In this document: positions 45,897 to 55,396 of the stretch, in pieces
How positions within the stretch are numbered: the stretch's first letter is position 1
How the letters are laid out: every line of letters starts with the position of its first letter
NCBI GenBank assembly: GCA_038062115.1
Contig: JBBTXS010000009.1
Coordinates: forward strand, 91,681 to 155,680
Reading direction: 5' to 3'
DNA from: Patescibacteria group bacterium
GTDB taxonomy: Bacteria > Patescibacteriota > Microgenomatia > Levybacterales > UBA12049
Length of the DNA: 64,000 bases
The notes under the pieces: model-generated
The model's database searches: none
Seen by the model: only the letters and a program-made list of their open reading frames with translations
What the model was told of the DNA's origin: nothing
Position numbers and translations under genes: made by a program

Positions 45897-46937
45897 ATGA
45901 AGTATAAACTTGTTGTTTGCGGAGGGACATTCGATCATTTTCATAAAGGGCATAGAGAATTTTTGCGATATGGGCTATCTATTAGCGATAAACTTCTTGT
46001 AGGGTTGACTACCGATGAATTCGTTAAGGCAAAAGATACGATTGGGCCAATTTACGATTACAAAACAAGAAAACAAGAGCTTGAAAATTTTTTTATTCAA
46101 GAGAAGGCAAGAAATAGAGTATCTATAGAACCAATTGGCAGTATTTATATACCAAAAATTTGGGAGCAGCTCTCAATAGAGGCAATTGTTGTATCAAAAA
46201 ATACAATTTCGGCTGCAAAGAAAATTAATTTAGTAAGAAAAGAGCAAAGAAAATATCCATTAATAATTAAGACTGTACAATTAGTTAAAAGCCAGCATAA
46301 TGAGTATATTTCTTCATCGAGTATAAGAAGTGGAGAAATTAATAGAGAAGGAAGACTAAATGTAAATCCCTATTGGTTAAATCACAGTTTGATTATTACA
46401 GAAGAATTGAAAAAAGAGTTTAAAAAGCCATTTGGGATACTCATTAAAGATAAAAAAGATTATGGTAATTTGATCTCCCCTTTTATTATAACAGTAGGGG
46501 ATATTACTACAAAAGTGTTTAACCAAATGGGTCAAAACCCTGATATTTCTGTTGTAGATTTTCGTGTTGCAAGGCATAAAGAGTTTTTTAGTCTTAAAGA
46601 TCTTGGTTTTTCGAAAGTGCAAGAAGTTATTAGGGTAAATAATCCACAAGGATATTTAACTTCTGATCTTTTCGAAGCAGTTTCTAATATATTTGGATCA
46701 CCGAAGAGTAGATGCCGCATAGTGCTTAAAATAGAAGGAGAAGAAGATCTTTCTGTATTGCCCTTAACACTTCGCGCTCCTCTTTCCTCAATAGTATTTT
46801 ACGGTCAACCAGGAGAAGGAGTTGTAAGGGTAGATATAACCGAAAGGAGCAAAGAAGTAGCCTATGGTCTTGCTAATCAATTCAAAATTGTCAATACCAA
46901 TTTCGACAGCCCATTAAAAAAAATATTGTACTTGTAA
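45897..46937 (+). CDS. Fusion protein: archaeal-type phosphopantetheine adenylyltransferase (cytidylyltransferase fold) + DUF359 (archaeal GTP-dependent dephospho-CoA kinase family)
   Basis: N-terminal domain: VVCGGTFDHFHKGH ... ISSSSIRSGE. C-terminal domain: ITVGDITT...DISVVDFRVARH...VNNPQGYLTSDL...IEGEEDLSVLPLTLRAPLSSIVFYGQPGEGVVRV, matching the VGD / NP.G / GEEDL / YGQP pattern recalled for DUF359. Confidence 0.7.
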   Translation: MKYKLVVCGGTFDHFHKGHREFLRYGLSISDKLLVGLTTDEFVKAKDTIGPIYDYKTRKQELENFFIQEKARNRVSIEPIGSIYIPKIWEQLSIEAIVVSKNTISAAKKINLVRKEQRKYPLIIKTVQLVKSQHNEYISSSSIRSGEINREGRLNVNPYWLNHSLIITEELKKEFKKPFGILIKDKKDYGNLISPFIITVGDITTKVFNQMGQNPDISVVDFRVARHKEFFSLKDLGFSKVQEVIRVNNPQGYLTSDLFEAVSNIFGSPKSRCRIVLKIEGEEDLSVLPLTLRAPLSSIVFYGQPGEGVVRVDITERSKEVAYGLANQFKIVNTNFDSPLKKILYL

Positions 46938-47057
46938 AAAAATTAAATATTGATTTATATGTTGATGATGATTTACAATTGCTTGAACACGTAAAAATTC
47001 TTTTGGCTAAACAAAAAGGTGCTCCCAACGTTCACCTCCGAGGTGAACCACGAAAGT

Positions 47058-49472
47058 ATGAATTTTTCTGATGTCATATTTGTTGCACAGTGGTGGGTAA
47101 TGTTTTTTATAATTGGTCTTATCTTTTTGCCAATTACTTGTTCTGTATTTTCTAAATTTTTTGATAAAGGTTATATTTTTTCAAAAATTATTGGAATTGT
47201 CTGTGTAAGTTATGTACTGTTTCTTCTGGGAGTTTTAAAACTTCTACCTTTCACCTTATTAACAATAGATGCGGTAATAATTGGTTTTTTTATTTTCAAT
47301 ATTTTCTTAATATCTAAACGTCCTAGTATCTTAACCTCCTTAAAAAACTCTTGGCGAATATTTCTTTTTGAGGAATTACTTTTTATACTAGCTCTTTTTT
47401 TCTGGTCTTTTATACGCGGTCATCAGCCAGACATTCATGGGTTAGAAAAATACATGGACTTTGGATTTATCAACTCAATAATTAGAAGCACACACTTTCC
47501 ACCACTTGATATGTGGTTTACTCCATATCCAATTAACTATTACTATTTTGGTCACTTAGTTACTGCTGTGTTAACAAAACTTAGCGTAATACCATCCTCT
47601 GTAACTTTTAATCTGATGCTAGCAACTATTTTTGGTTTTACATTTACCTGTGGTTTCTCAATAGGGCTCAATTTATTTTATAAATTCAGTCCGCCAGTTG
47701 GCGGATCAAAAATAGTCAGTGCTTCTGTGATTGCAGGCTTTTTAACTGGGATTTTACTATCCTTTGCCGGCAATCTTCATACTATCTACGCATTCTTTAA
47801 ACCTTACGTAAATGAAAACCCAGTTCCGTTCTGGCAACTAGCATTTTCTCCCAATTCTTCCCCAAACTCTTATTGGTATCCTAACGCAACTCGTTTTATC
47901 CATAATACAATCCATGAATTTCCTATTTATTCTTCTGTTGTTTCTGATCTACACGGACACTTCCTTGATGTTCCGTTTGTGCTGCTAACAATAGCTGTAC
48001 TTTTATCGTTAGTATTAAAATCACAAATCACAAATCACAAGCCACAAATAAATCCAAATATTCAAAATACTAAGCCTCTTGCAGTTTTGAATTTTGGTAA
48101 TTGGAATTTATTTAGGATTTGGAATTTAGGATTTGGAACTTTGTTGTTATTGGGATTCTTCTTAGCAATAATGTATATGACAAATGCGTGGGACGGACTC
48201 ATCTATTTTGGTCTGACCTCCTTAATTCTAGCGTGCTTGATAATTTTTCGACTTCAACATGCCAAACAGCCAAATACTACCAATAACCCAATACTACAAA
48301 TACTACCAATCAATAAAAAAATATTTAATAATTGGGTTATTGATTTGTTTATTGGGTTATTTGTTTATTTGTTTATTATTGGTATTACTTTCCTCATTCT
48401 TTCCCTTCCATTTAACCTCAATTTCAAACCGTTTGCTTCTGGTATCGGAGTTCTCTGTGCGCCAGAATTTATAACCAATATTGGTAAACTTGGTCCATTT
48501 TTATTCGAGAAAGATCACTGTCAGCATTCACCATGGTGGCAGCTTTTGATTCTATACGGTTTCTTTTACTTCTGGGTCGTATCATTTCTTGTCATGATCT
48601 TCAAAATCAAAAATCAATCCCCGATTCAATCGGGGACAAAAATTAAAAATGCAAATCAAAAATTAAAAAGTTTTAAAAATTTAAATTTCATTGAAAATTT
48701 AACTCCTTCTGATATTTTTGTACTTCTACTAATTGCTTTTTCTACTCTTCTTATCATTATTCCTGAATTTATTTATATTAAGGATATTTATCCTGGCCAC
48801 TATAGAGCAAATACAATGTTTAAACTTGTATACCAGTCTTTTATTATGCTCTCTATTGCTTCGGCTTACATAATAGTTAGAATAATGCCAATTATTCTAC
48901 GTCGCTTGAGGAACACCATACCTAATATTTTTAATTTTTCCTTTGTATATTTGCTATTTTCTATTTTATTTTTTATATTAGTAATGATTTATCCATACTT
49001 TGCCATAAATTCTTATTACAACAATCTAAAAGAGTACCTAAGTTTGGATGGCATAGAATATCTCAAGCCTCTTTACCCAACTGATTACCAAGCAATTTTG
49101 TGGATAAACAAAAATATTAAAGGACAGCCAGCAATCTTAGAAGCTCAAGGAGATTCCTATACAGACTATGGGAGAGTCTCCGCTAATACTGGACTCCCAA
49201 CAGTATTAGGCTGGGTGGTGCACGAATGGCTCTGGCGTGGAACATATGATATTCCGTCTCCTAGAATTAACGATGTAAAAGCACTATATGAAACCAAAGA
49301 CGTAAACGATGCTAAAGATCTTCTAAAAAAATATAATGTCTCCCTTGTGTTTATTGGAGAACTAGAAAAACAAAAATATCCAACACTTAATGAAGAAAAA
49401 TTTAAAACTCTAGGAAAACCCATCTATAAAAACGGGAATACAAAAATTTACAGGTTAAATAACACAAAATAA
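47058..49472 (+). CDS. DUF2298 ('chlor_Arch_YYY') polytopic membrane protein, GT-C-like
   Basis: RGHQPDIHGLEKYMDFGFINS...PINYYYFGH signature with many TM helices. Two in-frame repeat-derived inserts. Start set at MNFSDV (47058). Confidence 0.8.
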   Translation: MNFSDVIFVAQWWVMFFIIGLIFLPITCSVFSKFFDKGYIFSKIIGIVCVSYVLFLLGVLKLLPFTLLTIDAVIIGFFIFNIFLISKRPSILTSLKNSWRIFLFEELLFILALFFWSFIRGHQPDIHGLEKYMDFGFINSIIRSTHFPPLDMWFTPYPINYYYFGHLVTAVLTKLSVIPSSVTFNLMLATIFGFTFTCGFSIGLNLFYKFSPPVGGSKIVSASVIAGFLTGILLSFAGNLHTIYAFFKPYVNENPVPFWQLAFSPNSSPNSYWYPNATRFIHNTIHEFPIYSSVVSDLHGHFLDVPFVLLTIAVLLSLVLKSQITNHKPQINPNIQNTKPLAVLNFGNWNLFRIWNLGFGTLLLLGFFLAIMYMTNAWDGLIYFGLTSLILACLIIFRLQHAKQPNTTNNPILQILPINKKIFNNWVIDLFIGLFVYLFIIGITFLILSLPFNLNFKPFASGIGVLCAPEFITNIGKLGPFLFEKDHCQHSPWWQLLILYGFFYFWVVSFLVMIFKIKNQSPIQSGTKIKNANQKLKSFKNLNFIENLTPSDIFVLLLIAFSTLLIIIPEFIYIKDIYPGHYRANTMFKLVYQSFIMLSIASAYIIVRIMPIILRRLRNTIPNIFNFSFVYLLFSILFFILVMIYPYFAINSYYNNLKEYLSLDGIEYLKPLYPTDYQAILWINKNIKGQPAILEAQGDSYTDYGRVSANTGLPTVLGWVVHEWLWRGTYDIPSPRINDVKALYETKDVNDAKDLLKKYNVSLVFIGELEKQKYPTLNEEKFKTLGKPIYKNGNTKIYRLNNTK

Positions 49473-49556
49473 CTACAAAAAATTTATTTCTTTCTAAAGT
49501 ATTACGCTATGTAACATTGTACTTTGGTAAAAAACTTTTTGAAAAAAACCTAAACA

Positions 49557-50651
49557 CTATTTTGCGGAAAAAACTTTAGAGATCGGGCAGTTACCAGTTT
49601 TTATTTCGCAGTCTACATACTTTTGAATTTCCGAAAAATCTCCATTTCCCACCCTTGGAATTAAAACCCACTCATTATTATAGGTATACGATGTTTCTGG
49701 ATGCGTCAAAAGTCCTGGTCGGTTTTTTTGTTCATCCCCATAATCTAAAACTACATTTTGTATATTGGCATTCTTCATTTTTGTCGAAAGTCTTATAAAA
49801 TCGTCAAACTCATCTTCTTTAATATTCGTATCGATGCTATCTTTGACAACGGTATAAAGATTTACAATTTTTGCTGGATTAAGTAGAGTTTCCAAAGATA
49901 TAGCTTTATCTTTAATTGCTTTTATTAGTTCTCCTTGTCTTTTACTTCTTGCAAAATCTGTTCCCTCGTCGCCCGTAGCATGGCGGGAGCGTATAAATTC
50001 AAGAGCTTTCTCTCCATCCATATGCTGCAATCCTTTATCAAAATGAAGATGCAAATAGCGGCACGGAAATGCGTCTAGTTGGGATGAGGCAGTTGCAAGA
50101 GATTTTAGCTCTTCATCGCTATGACCGCAGGAATCATTTTCTTTTCCAGAAATTGGATACTGGTAATCGTCAAAGGCAGACGACACATACACGTCTACTC
50201 CTCCCAAAAGACTTATTGCTTTTTCAACTCCATCAAAGTCAATCCGCAAAACGTAGTCTATAGGTTGACCTACAATTTTTGAGACAAAAGATTTAGCCAT
50301 AGAAATTCCACCCTTAGCATAAACGGTATTTATTCTTCCTTTAATGTCCATCGTCCATAGATCTCTTGGGATAGAAACGAGTACTGCCTTTTCTTTATTA
50401 GAATCTATGCTTACAAAAATTATTGTATCTGTAAGATTAGGCCCTTCGTGCTTGCCCCCGCCTACCCCAAGCAATAATAGATTTATACGGCCATCTGTTT
50501 TTTTAAGCGTAATCTTTTGGTTGAAAAGAAGGCTAGATAAAGGAAAATATTTAGAAGATATCAATGAAAATAAAATTAATAAAAAAAATAGGGCTGCGAG
50601 AATAACACCAGTCTTTTTTTTACGCATTCTTAACAATCTCCAAAAACTCAA
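49557..50651 (-). CDS. LytR-CpsA-Psr (LCP) family cell-envelope glycopolymer ligase
   Basis: N-terminal TM, then NLLLLGVGG...LTDTIIFVSID...VSIPRDLW...INTVYA. Confidence 0.88.
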   Translation of the reverse strand: MSFWRLLRMRKKKTGVILAALFFLLILFSLISSKYFPLSSLLFNQKITLKKTDGRINLLLLGVGGGKHEGPNLTDTIIFVSIDSNKEKAVLVSIPRDLWTMDIKGRINTVYAKGGISMAKSFVSKIVGQPIDYVLRIDFDGVEKAISLLGGVDVYVSSAFDDYQYPISGKENDSCGHSDEELKSLATASSQLDAFPCRYLHLHFDKGLQHMDGEKALEFIRSRHATGDEGTDFARSKRQGELIKAIKDKAISLETLLNPAKIVNLYTVVKDSIDTNIKEDEFDDFIRLSTKMKNANIQNVVLDYGDEQKNRPGLLTHPETSYTYNNEWVLIPRVGNGDFSEIQKYVDCEIKTGNCPISKVFSAK

Positions 50652-51315
50652 GAGGATTAAGACTTGCTCCGCCTACTAACACGCCATCAATACTTGGCAT
50701 TTTGGTAAAGGAATTAACATTTAAAGATGTTACACTGCCTCCATACAAAACTGGAGTATCATTAACAATTTCTTTTATTTTCGCTGCCACACTTTCTGCA
50801 TTTTGAGGAGTGTCTGCTTGTCCTGAGCCAATCGCAAACAAAGGCTCATACGCTAGGATAATTCTATTGTCGTAACTTTGAATTTTGAACCTTGAACTTT
50901 GAACTTGATCAAGATTTGAGATGCACAATATTGGAATTAAACTATGTTTCATTGCCATCTCGATTTTTTTAGCAACCATATCATCGTCTTCTCCAAAATT
51001 TTTTCTTCTCTCTGAATGCCCAACAATTACATAATTGGCGAATTCCTTAATTTGTGCACCGTTAACCTCACCGGTATAAGCTCCCTTGTCAAATGGAGAA
51101 ATATCCTGAGCGGCAGATTCAACAGAAAGTTTTAGATTCCTCATGCAGTAGCGAGCGTGTTCGAGCGATACAAAAGAAGATGCAACGATGACCTTTTTTC
51201 CCCCAACCCTTGTTTTCCCACCTTTAACTCCATCGTCAAAATCATGAAGCCATTTTTCAGTTTCCTTAACAGTTTTATTCGATTTCCAGTTAGCAATAAT
51301 AAATAGCTTCTTCAT
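50620..51315 (-). CDS. tpiA: Triosephosphate isomerase
   Basis: FIIANWKSN, YVIVGHSERR, AYEPLFAIGSG and GGASL motifs. Start set at MKKLF (51315). Carries an in-frame TTGAAC(T/C)T repeat insert. Confidence 0.92.
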   Translation of the reverse strand: MKKLFIIANWKSNKTVKETEKWLHDFDDGVKGGKTRVGGKKVIVASSFVSLEHARYCMRNLKLSVESAAQDISPFDKGAYTGEVNGAQIKEFANYVIVGHSERRKNFGEDDDMVAKKIEMAMKHSLIPILCISNLDQVQSSRFKIQSYDNRIILAYEPLFAIGSGQADTPQNAESVAAKIKEIVNDTPVLYGGSVTSLNVNSFTKMPSIDGVLVGGASLNPLEFLEIVKNA

Positions 51316-51330
51316 GTGATACAATTGTAT

Positions 51331-51417
51331 TGTCATTGCGAGCGCAAGGCGAAGCAATCTCCACTCTTATTGAGATCGCCACGGGACGCACCGTCTGGTG
51401 CATCCCTCGCGATGACA
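51331..51417. repeat. Palindromic GTCATTGCGAGCG-type element upstream of pcrA
   Basis: TGTCATTGCGAGCGCAAGGCGAAGCAATC...GCATCCCTCGCGATGACA. It produces the false N-terminal extension in the ORF track. Confidence 0.8.
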
Positions 51418-51437
51418 CAGTTCACTTATTATACTCT

Positions 51438-53360
51438 ATGCAAAAAGAATTTCTCAAGGACTTAAATCTGGAGCAAAAAAAAGCGGTCCTACATAACCTG
51501 GGCCCAATGATAATTTTAGCAGGTGCTGGGTCTGGAAAAACAAGAGTGTTAACCTATAAAGTTATATATCTAATAAAACAAAAAGGTATAGATCCCCTAA
51601 ATATCCTTATGGTAACATTTACAAACAAGGCAGCGAACGAGATGAAAGAACGTGTGCAAAGATTTCTAGCTACCGACCAATCACCAATCACCAATCACCA
51701 ATCACCCACTATCTCCACTTTCCATTCTATTTGCGCCAAAATACTAAGGATTGATGGAAAATATATTGGTATTTCTTCTAGATTTGTTATTTATGATACG
51801 CAAGACCAGACAGATGCAACAAAAGAAGCTATGAAAAAACTTAGTATATCTGTTAAAGACTATAAACCAGTATCTATTTTAGCAACTATTTCTCAGGCAA
51901 AAAACGAGCTTATTTCAGACGCAGAGTATTCTAAATATGCAAGAGGACATTTTCAAGAGACTGTAGCAAAAGTTTATCCAGTTTATCAAGAAATTCTCAA
52001 AGCAAATTATGCACTTGATTTTGACGATTTATTGCTAAAAACAGTTTATCTTTTTGAACAAAATCCTCAGCTTCTTGAAAAGTATCAAAATCGCTTTCGT
52101 TATATTTTGATAGACGAATATCAAGATACAAACCATGCGCAGTATACACTTGCAAAAATGCTTTCAGATAAATTTAAAAATATTTGTGTCGTTGGAGACT
52201 TTTCTCAAAGTATTTATAGTTGGAGAGGAGCAGATTTTAGAAATCTAACAAAATTTAAAACTGATTTTAAAAATGTAGTAACTTTTGCGCTTTCTCAAAA
52301 TTATCGCTCAACCCAAAAAATTTTAGATGCAGCATCTTCTGTTATATCTAGAAATACTACCCATCCAGTGCTTAAACTTTGGACAGAAAATCCAAATGGA
52401 GAAGATGTTACCATTTATGAGGCAGGAAACGAGCATGAAGAAGTAGAATTTATCGTTAGTCAATTATCCAATTTGAAATATGAAATTACAAATTTAAAGT
52501 ATACAGATTTTGCCATTCTTTACAGAACCAATGCTCAATCTAGAATCATTGAAGAAGTTTTTATACATAGAGGTACCCCATATATTTTAATTGGAGGAAC
52601 AAGGTTTTACGAAAGAAAAGAAATAAAAGATGTATTAGCATATCTTAGAGTCTTAGCAAATTCAAAAGACATGGTTTCTTACAAACGGATTGAGAAATTA
52701 GGTAAAGGAAGGCTTGAAAAGTTTCTAGATTTTCAGAATAAAGTCATTCTGGGGATCCGCCAGCTGGCGGAGACTCCAGAATCTCCTGATACGAAAAGAC
52801 ATTCTGGACAAGCCAGAATGACGACTATTGATATTTTGGATCAAGTTCTTAAAAAAACAGAATATCTATCTTTATATAATGAGAAAAATGAAGAAGATAG
52901 AACAAGACTAGAAAATATTAAAGAACTGCGTTCTGTTGCTGTTTCGCTACCAAAACTTACGCAATTCTTAGAAAATGTTTCCCTTGTTGAACAAGAATAC
53001 CTGCCAGATAAACCTAATAATAACGGAAAAAAAGATGCAGTAACCTTAATGACCTTACATGCTGCTAAAGGACTCGAGTTTCCTATAGTTTTTATGATTG
53101 GCATGGAAGAAGGACTTTTTCCTCATAGCAGAAGCTTAATGGACAAGAACGAACTCGAAGAAGAAAGAAGACTCTGCTATGTAGGGATGACTAGAGCCAA
53201 AAGTCGACTTTTCCTAACATACACAAGACAACGACTTTTCTTTGGACAAAAAATGTCAAACACTGTCTCTAGATTTATTTTTGAGCTTCCAGAGAGCGTT
53301 CTTGCTAAAAATCTTAAGTCTATTAATAAACAGAAAAGCGAAATACCAGAATGGCTATGA
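51438..53360 (+). CDS. pcrA: ATP-dependent DNA helicase PcrA/UvrD family
   Basis: LNLEQKKAV...ILAGAGSGKTRVLT, ILIDEYQDTN, QNYRST and TLHAAKGLEFP motifs. Contains two in-frame repeat inserts. Confidence 0.93.
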   Translation: MQKEFLKDLNLEQKKAVLHNLGPMIILAGAGSGKTRVLTYKVIYLIKQKGIDPLNILMVTFTNKAANEMKERVQRFLATDQSPITNHQSPTISTFHSICAKILRIDGKYIGISSRFVIYDTQDQTDATKEAMKKLSISVKDYKPVSILATISQAKNELISDAEYSKYARGHFQETVAKVYPVYQEILKANYALDFDDLLLKTVYLFEQNPQLLEKYQNRFRYILIDEYQDTNHAQYTLAKMLSDKFKNICVVGDFSQSIYSWRGADFRNLTKFKTDFKNVVTFALSQNYRSTQKILDAASSVISRNTTHPVLKLWTENPNGEDVTIYEAGNEHEEVEFIVSQLSNLKYEITNLKYTDFAILYRTNAQSRIIEEVFIHRGTPYILIGGTRFYERKEIKDVLAYLRVLANSKDMVSYKRIEKLGKGRLEKFLDFQNKVILGIRQLAETPESPDTKRHSGQARMTTIDILDQVLKKTEYLSLYNEKNEEDRTRLENIKELRSVAVSLPKLTQFLENVSLVEQEYLPDKPNNNGKKDAVTLMTLHAAKGLEFPIVFMIGMEEGLFPHSRSLMDKNELEEERRLCYVGMTRAKSRLFLTYTRQRLFFGQKMSNTVSRFIFELPESVLAKNLKSINKQKSEIPEWL

Positions 53361-54451
53361 ATATAAATAGCGTTGCAACTCATCCCCTGCAATCTTTAAA
53401 CTGGGGAGAGTTTAGAAAAAAAACTGGGGTTAAAGTTGTTAGACAAAATGGATTACAAATAACAATTCACAAAATACCCCATTTTGCTTGGACAATTGGA
53501 TATTTTCCAAAAGGCACCATGCCAACAGAGGAAGTAATTCATGAGCTTGAAAAAATTGGTAAAAATGAAAGATGCATTTTTATTCAGATCGAACCGAATA
53601 TAGCTATTGCTCGTCATTCTGGGGAGGAGGAACGACGACTCCAGAATCTCTCTCGGATGCAACATGAGAACGTAAGAGATTCTGGACAAGCCAGAATGAC
53701 AGAATACGGACTTCGTCCCGCCGCTCATCCTCTCTTCACCAAATATACTTTTATTCTCGGGCTAACAAAATCAGAGGATGAACTACTGAAAAACATGCAT
53801 CCCAAAACTAGGTACAATATTAAAGTTGCTCAAAAACACGGCGTTAAGGTAATTGAAGATAACTCAGATGAAGCATTTGAAACATACTTAAGACTTACTA
53901 GGGAAACAACCAAAAGACAAGGCTTTTATGCACATACAGAAAATTACCATAGATTAATGTGGGAAACCCTCGGAATTCAGAATTCAGAATCTATAATTCA
54001 GAATTTCGATAGGAATAAATTGACAGCACATCTTTTTTTGGCAAAATATATACCTCCTTCGTCTAATTCTGAATTATTAATTATAAATTCTAAATTGCAA
54101 GCGCTAACGCTTGCCGCTTGGATTCTTTTTGTCTATAAAGATACACTTTATTATCCCTATGGAGCATCATCAAACCAGTATCGCGAAACTATGGCATCAA
54201 ATCTTATGATGTGGGAGGCAATAAAATTTGGAAAAAAATTAGGTCTTAAAAAATTCGATATGTGGGGAGCGCTGGGCCCAAATCCAGACACTAATGATCC
54301 GTGGTATGGTTTTCATAGATTTAAAGAAGGATATGGCGGAAAATTGGTTGAATTTGTTGGAAGTTACGATCTTGTTATAAATCCAATTTTATATCAACTA
54401 TATAAATTTGCAGATAAACTTCGCTGGTTGATCTTGAAACTTAAAAGCTAA
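53351..54451 (+). CDS. FemAB-family peptidoglycan interpeptide-bridge aminoacyltransferase
   Basis: NMHPKTRYNIKVAQKHGV...YPYGASSN.YRE.MASNLMMWEAIKFGKKLGLKKFDMWG. Contains three in-frame repeat-derived segments. Confidence 0.85.
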   Translation: MAMNINSVATHPLQSLNWGEFRKKTGVKVVRQNGLQITIHKIPHFAWTIGYFPKGTMPTEEVIHELEKIGKNERCIFIQIEPNIAIARHSGEEERRLQNLSRMQHENVRDSGQARMTEYGLRPAAHPLFTKYTFILGLTKSEDELLKNMHPKTRYNIKVAQKHGVKVIEDNSDEAFETYLRLTRETTKRQGFYAHTENYHRLMWETLGIQNSESIIQNFDRNKLTAHLFLAKYIPPSSNSELLIINSKLQALTLAAWILFVYKDTLYYPYGASSNQYRETMASNLMMWEAIKFGKKLGLKKFDMWGALGPNPDTNDPWYGFHRFKEGYGGKLVEFVGSYDLVINPILYQLYKFADKLRWLILKLKS

Positions 54452-54489
54452 GTGTGATAGTTCGAACTATCGAACTATAAAACACAAAA

Positions 54490-55014
54490 TTAGACTACAT
54501 ACAAACTAAGTTTATTTTTTTCATCGATCTTAGCTTCTGGCAAGGCAATATTATATTTATAGCTTACAATTCTTGTTTCTTTTTTTAATTCTTTTTTAAA
54601 CTTTGGCAAAAGACGATTTAGTGCTTTTGGGACAAGATAAACAAACACTACTGTTGCATCGGAAATATCTACGTCAAAAAAATTCTTTCTCTTAATCTGC
54701 ACTTTGTCCGAAAGTTTGTTACTATGTAGTAGCATACTTGAGATAAAGGACCGTAAAGGATCTATTTCTATCCCCACTCCTTTTGCCCCAAATTCTTTTG
54801 CGGCAACTACCAGAGCTGTTCCGTCTCCAGACCCCAAATCATAGACAATATCGTCTTTTCCAACCTTTGCCAATCGACACATTGCTCTGGCAATTTTTTT
54901 ATTCGTCCTCCACCACGGAGACCAAGGACTATCCGGCGGCCACACAGCAGAAAGGACAAGAAGCAAGGATACGATAATACCAAGAAGAATGCTATTAATC
55001 AACAAAAAGCTCAT
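54490..55014 (-). CDS. Membrane-anchored class I SAM-dependent methyltransferase
   Basis: N-terminal TM, then VYDLGSGDGTALVVAAKEFGAKGVGIEIDP. Confidence 0.8.
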   Translation of the reverse strand: MSFLLINSILLGIIVSLLLVLSAVWPPDSPWSPWWRTNKKIARAMCRLAKVGKDDIVYDLGSGDGTALVVAAKEFGAKGVGIEIDPLRSFISSMLLHSNKLSDKVQIKRKNFFDVDISDATVVFVYLVPKALNRLLPKFKKELKKETRIVSYKYNIALPEAKIDEKNKLSLYVV

Positions 55015-55037
55015 TAGGAAAATTCTACATTATTTTT

Positions 55038-55088
55038 TGTAAGATTTCAGTCGAAATAATTGTAGTGTAATATCACTGAAATCTTACA
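55038..55088. repeat. 51-bp hairpin repeat R1 (14-bp perfect arms)
   Basis: TGTAAGATTTCAGT-cgaaataattgtagtgtaatatc-ACTGAAATCTTACA. Confidence 0.9.
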
Positions 55089-55361
55089 ATCGAAGCCCAT
55101 GCCCTAATACTCTCTGCCCTTGGCATAAGTCAGGCAGCCCAGTTTCTCAAAGACATGGAAGAAAGTAACACAGTGGTCATTCGGGTGCGGGCCGCTGATG
55201 AAGAACGGGCGAAACAGATTCTCTTTCAATACGACGACAAAGACTTTTCCTTTGCTGATGCGATCAGCTTTGCTGTCATAGAGCGACTGCGCATCTCCTA
55301 CGCCTTCACTTTTGACCACCACTTCACCCAGTACGGTCTAACCGTTCTTACCGCCAGTTAG
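55089..55361 (+). pseudogene. vapC: 5'-truncated PIN-domain (VapC-like) toxin gene
   Basis: The frame is open from directly after R1: IEAHALILSALGISQAAQFLKDMEESNTVVIRVRAADEERAKQILFQYDDKDFSFADAISFAVIERLRISYAFTFDHHFTQYGLTVL*. The first ~30 aa, including the first acidic residue, are missing. Visibly higher GC than the flanks. Confidence 0.65.
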
Positions 55362-55396
55362 GTGCGGCTCTACCCTACACCAGCCATCACATTTTG

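Noticed and set aside
46938-47057. Possible remnant of a HAD / 5'-nucleotidase-like gene (…KKLNIDLYVDDDLQLLEHVK…) between the PPAT-DUF359 gene and the DUF2298 gene.
   Set aside because: There are only ~25 suggestive residues. This cannot be distinguished from chance without a database search.
51330-51437. N-terminal extension of pcrA in the ORF track (MSLRAQGEAISTLIEIATGRTVWCIPRDD…). Similar extensions occur on rpsH (23727-23762), rplQ, rplV, rpoA, rpsM, csp and tpiA.
   Set aside because: The extensions start at alternative codons and read through palindromic repeats or neighbouring genes. The internal Met gives the canonical conserved N-terminus and removes the gene overlaps.
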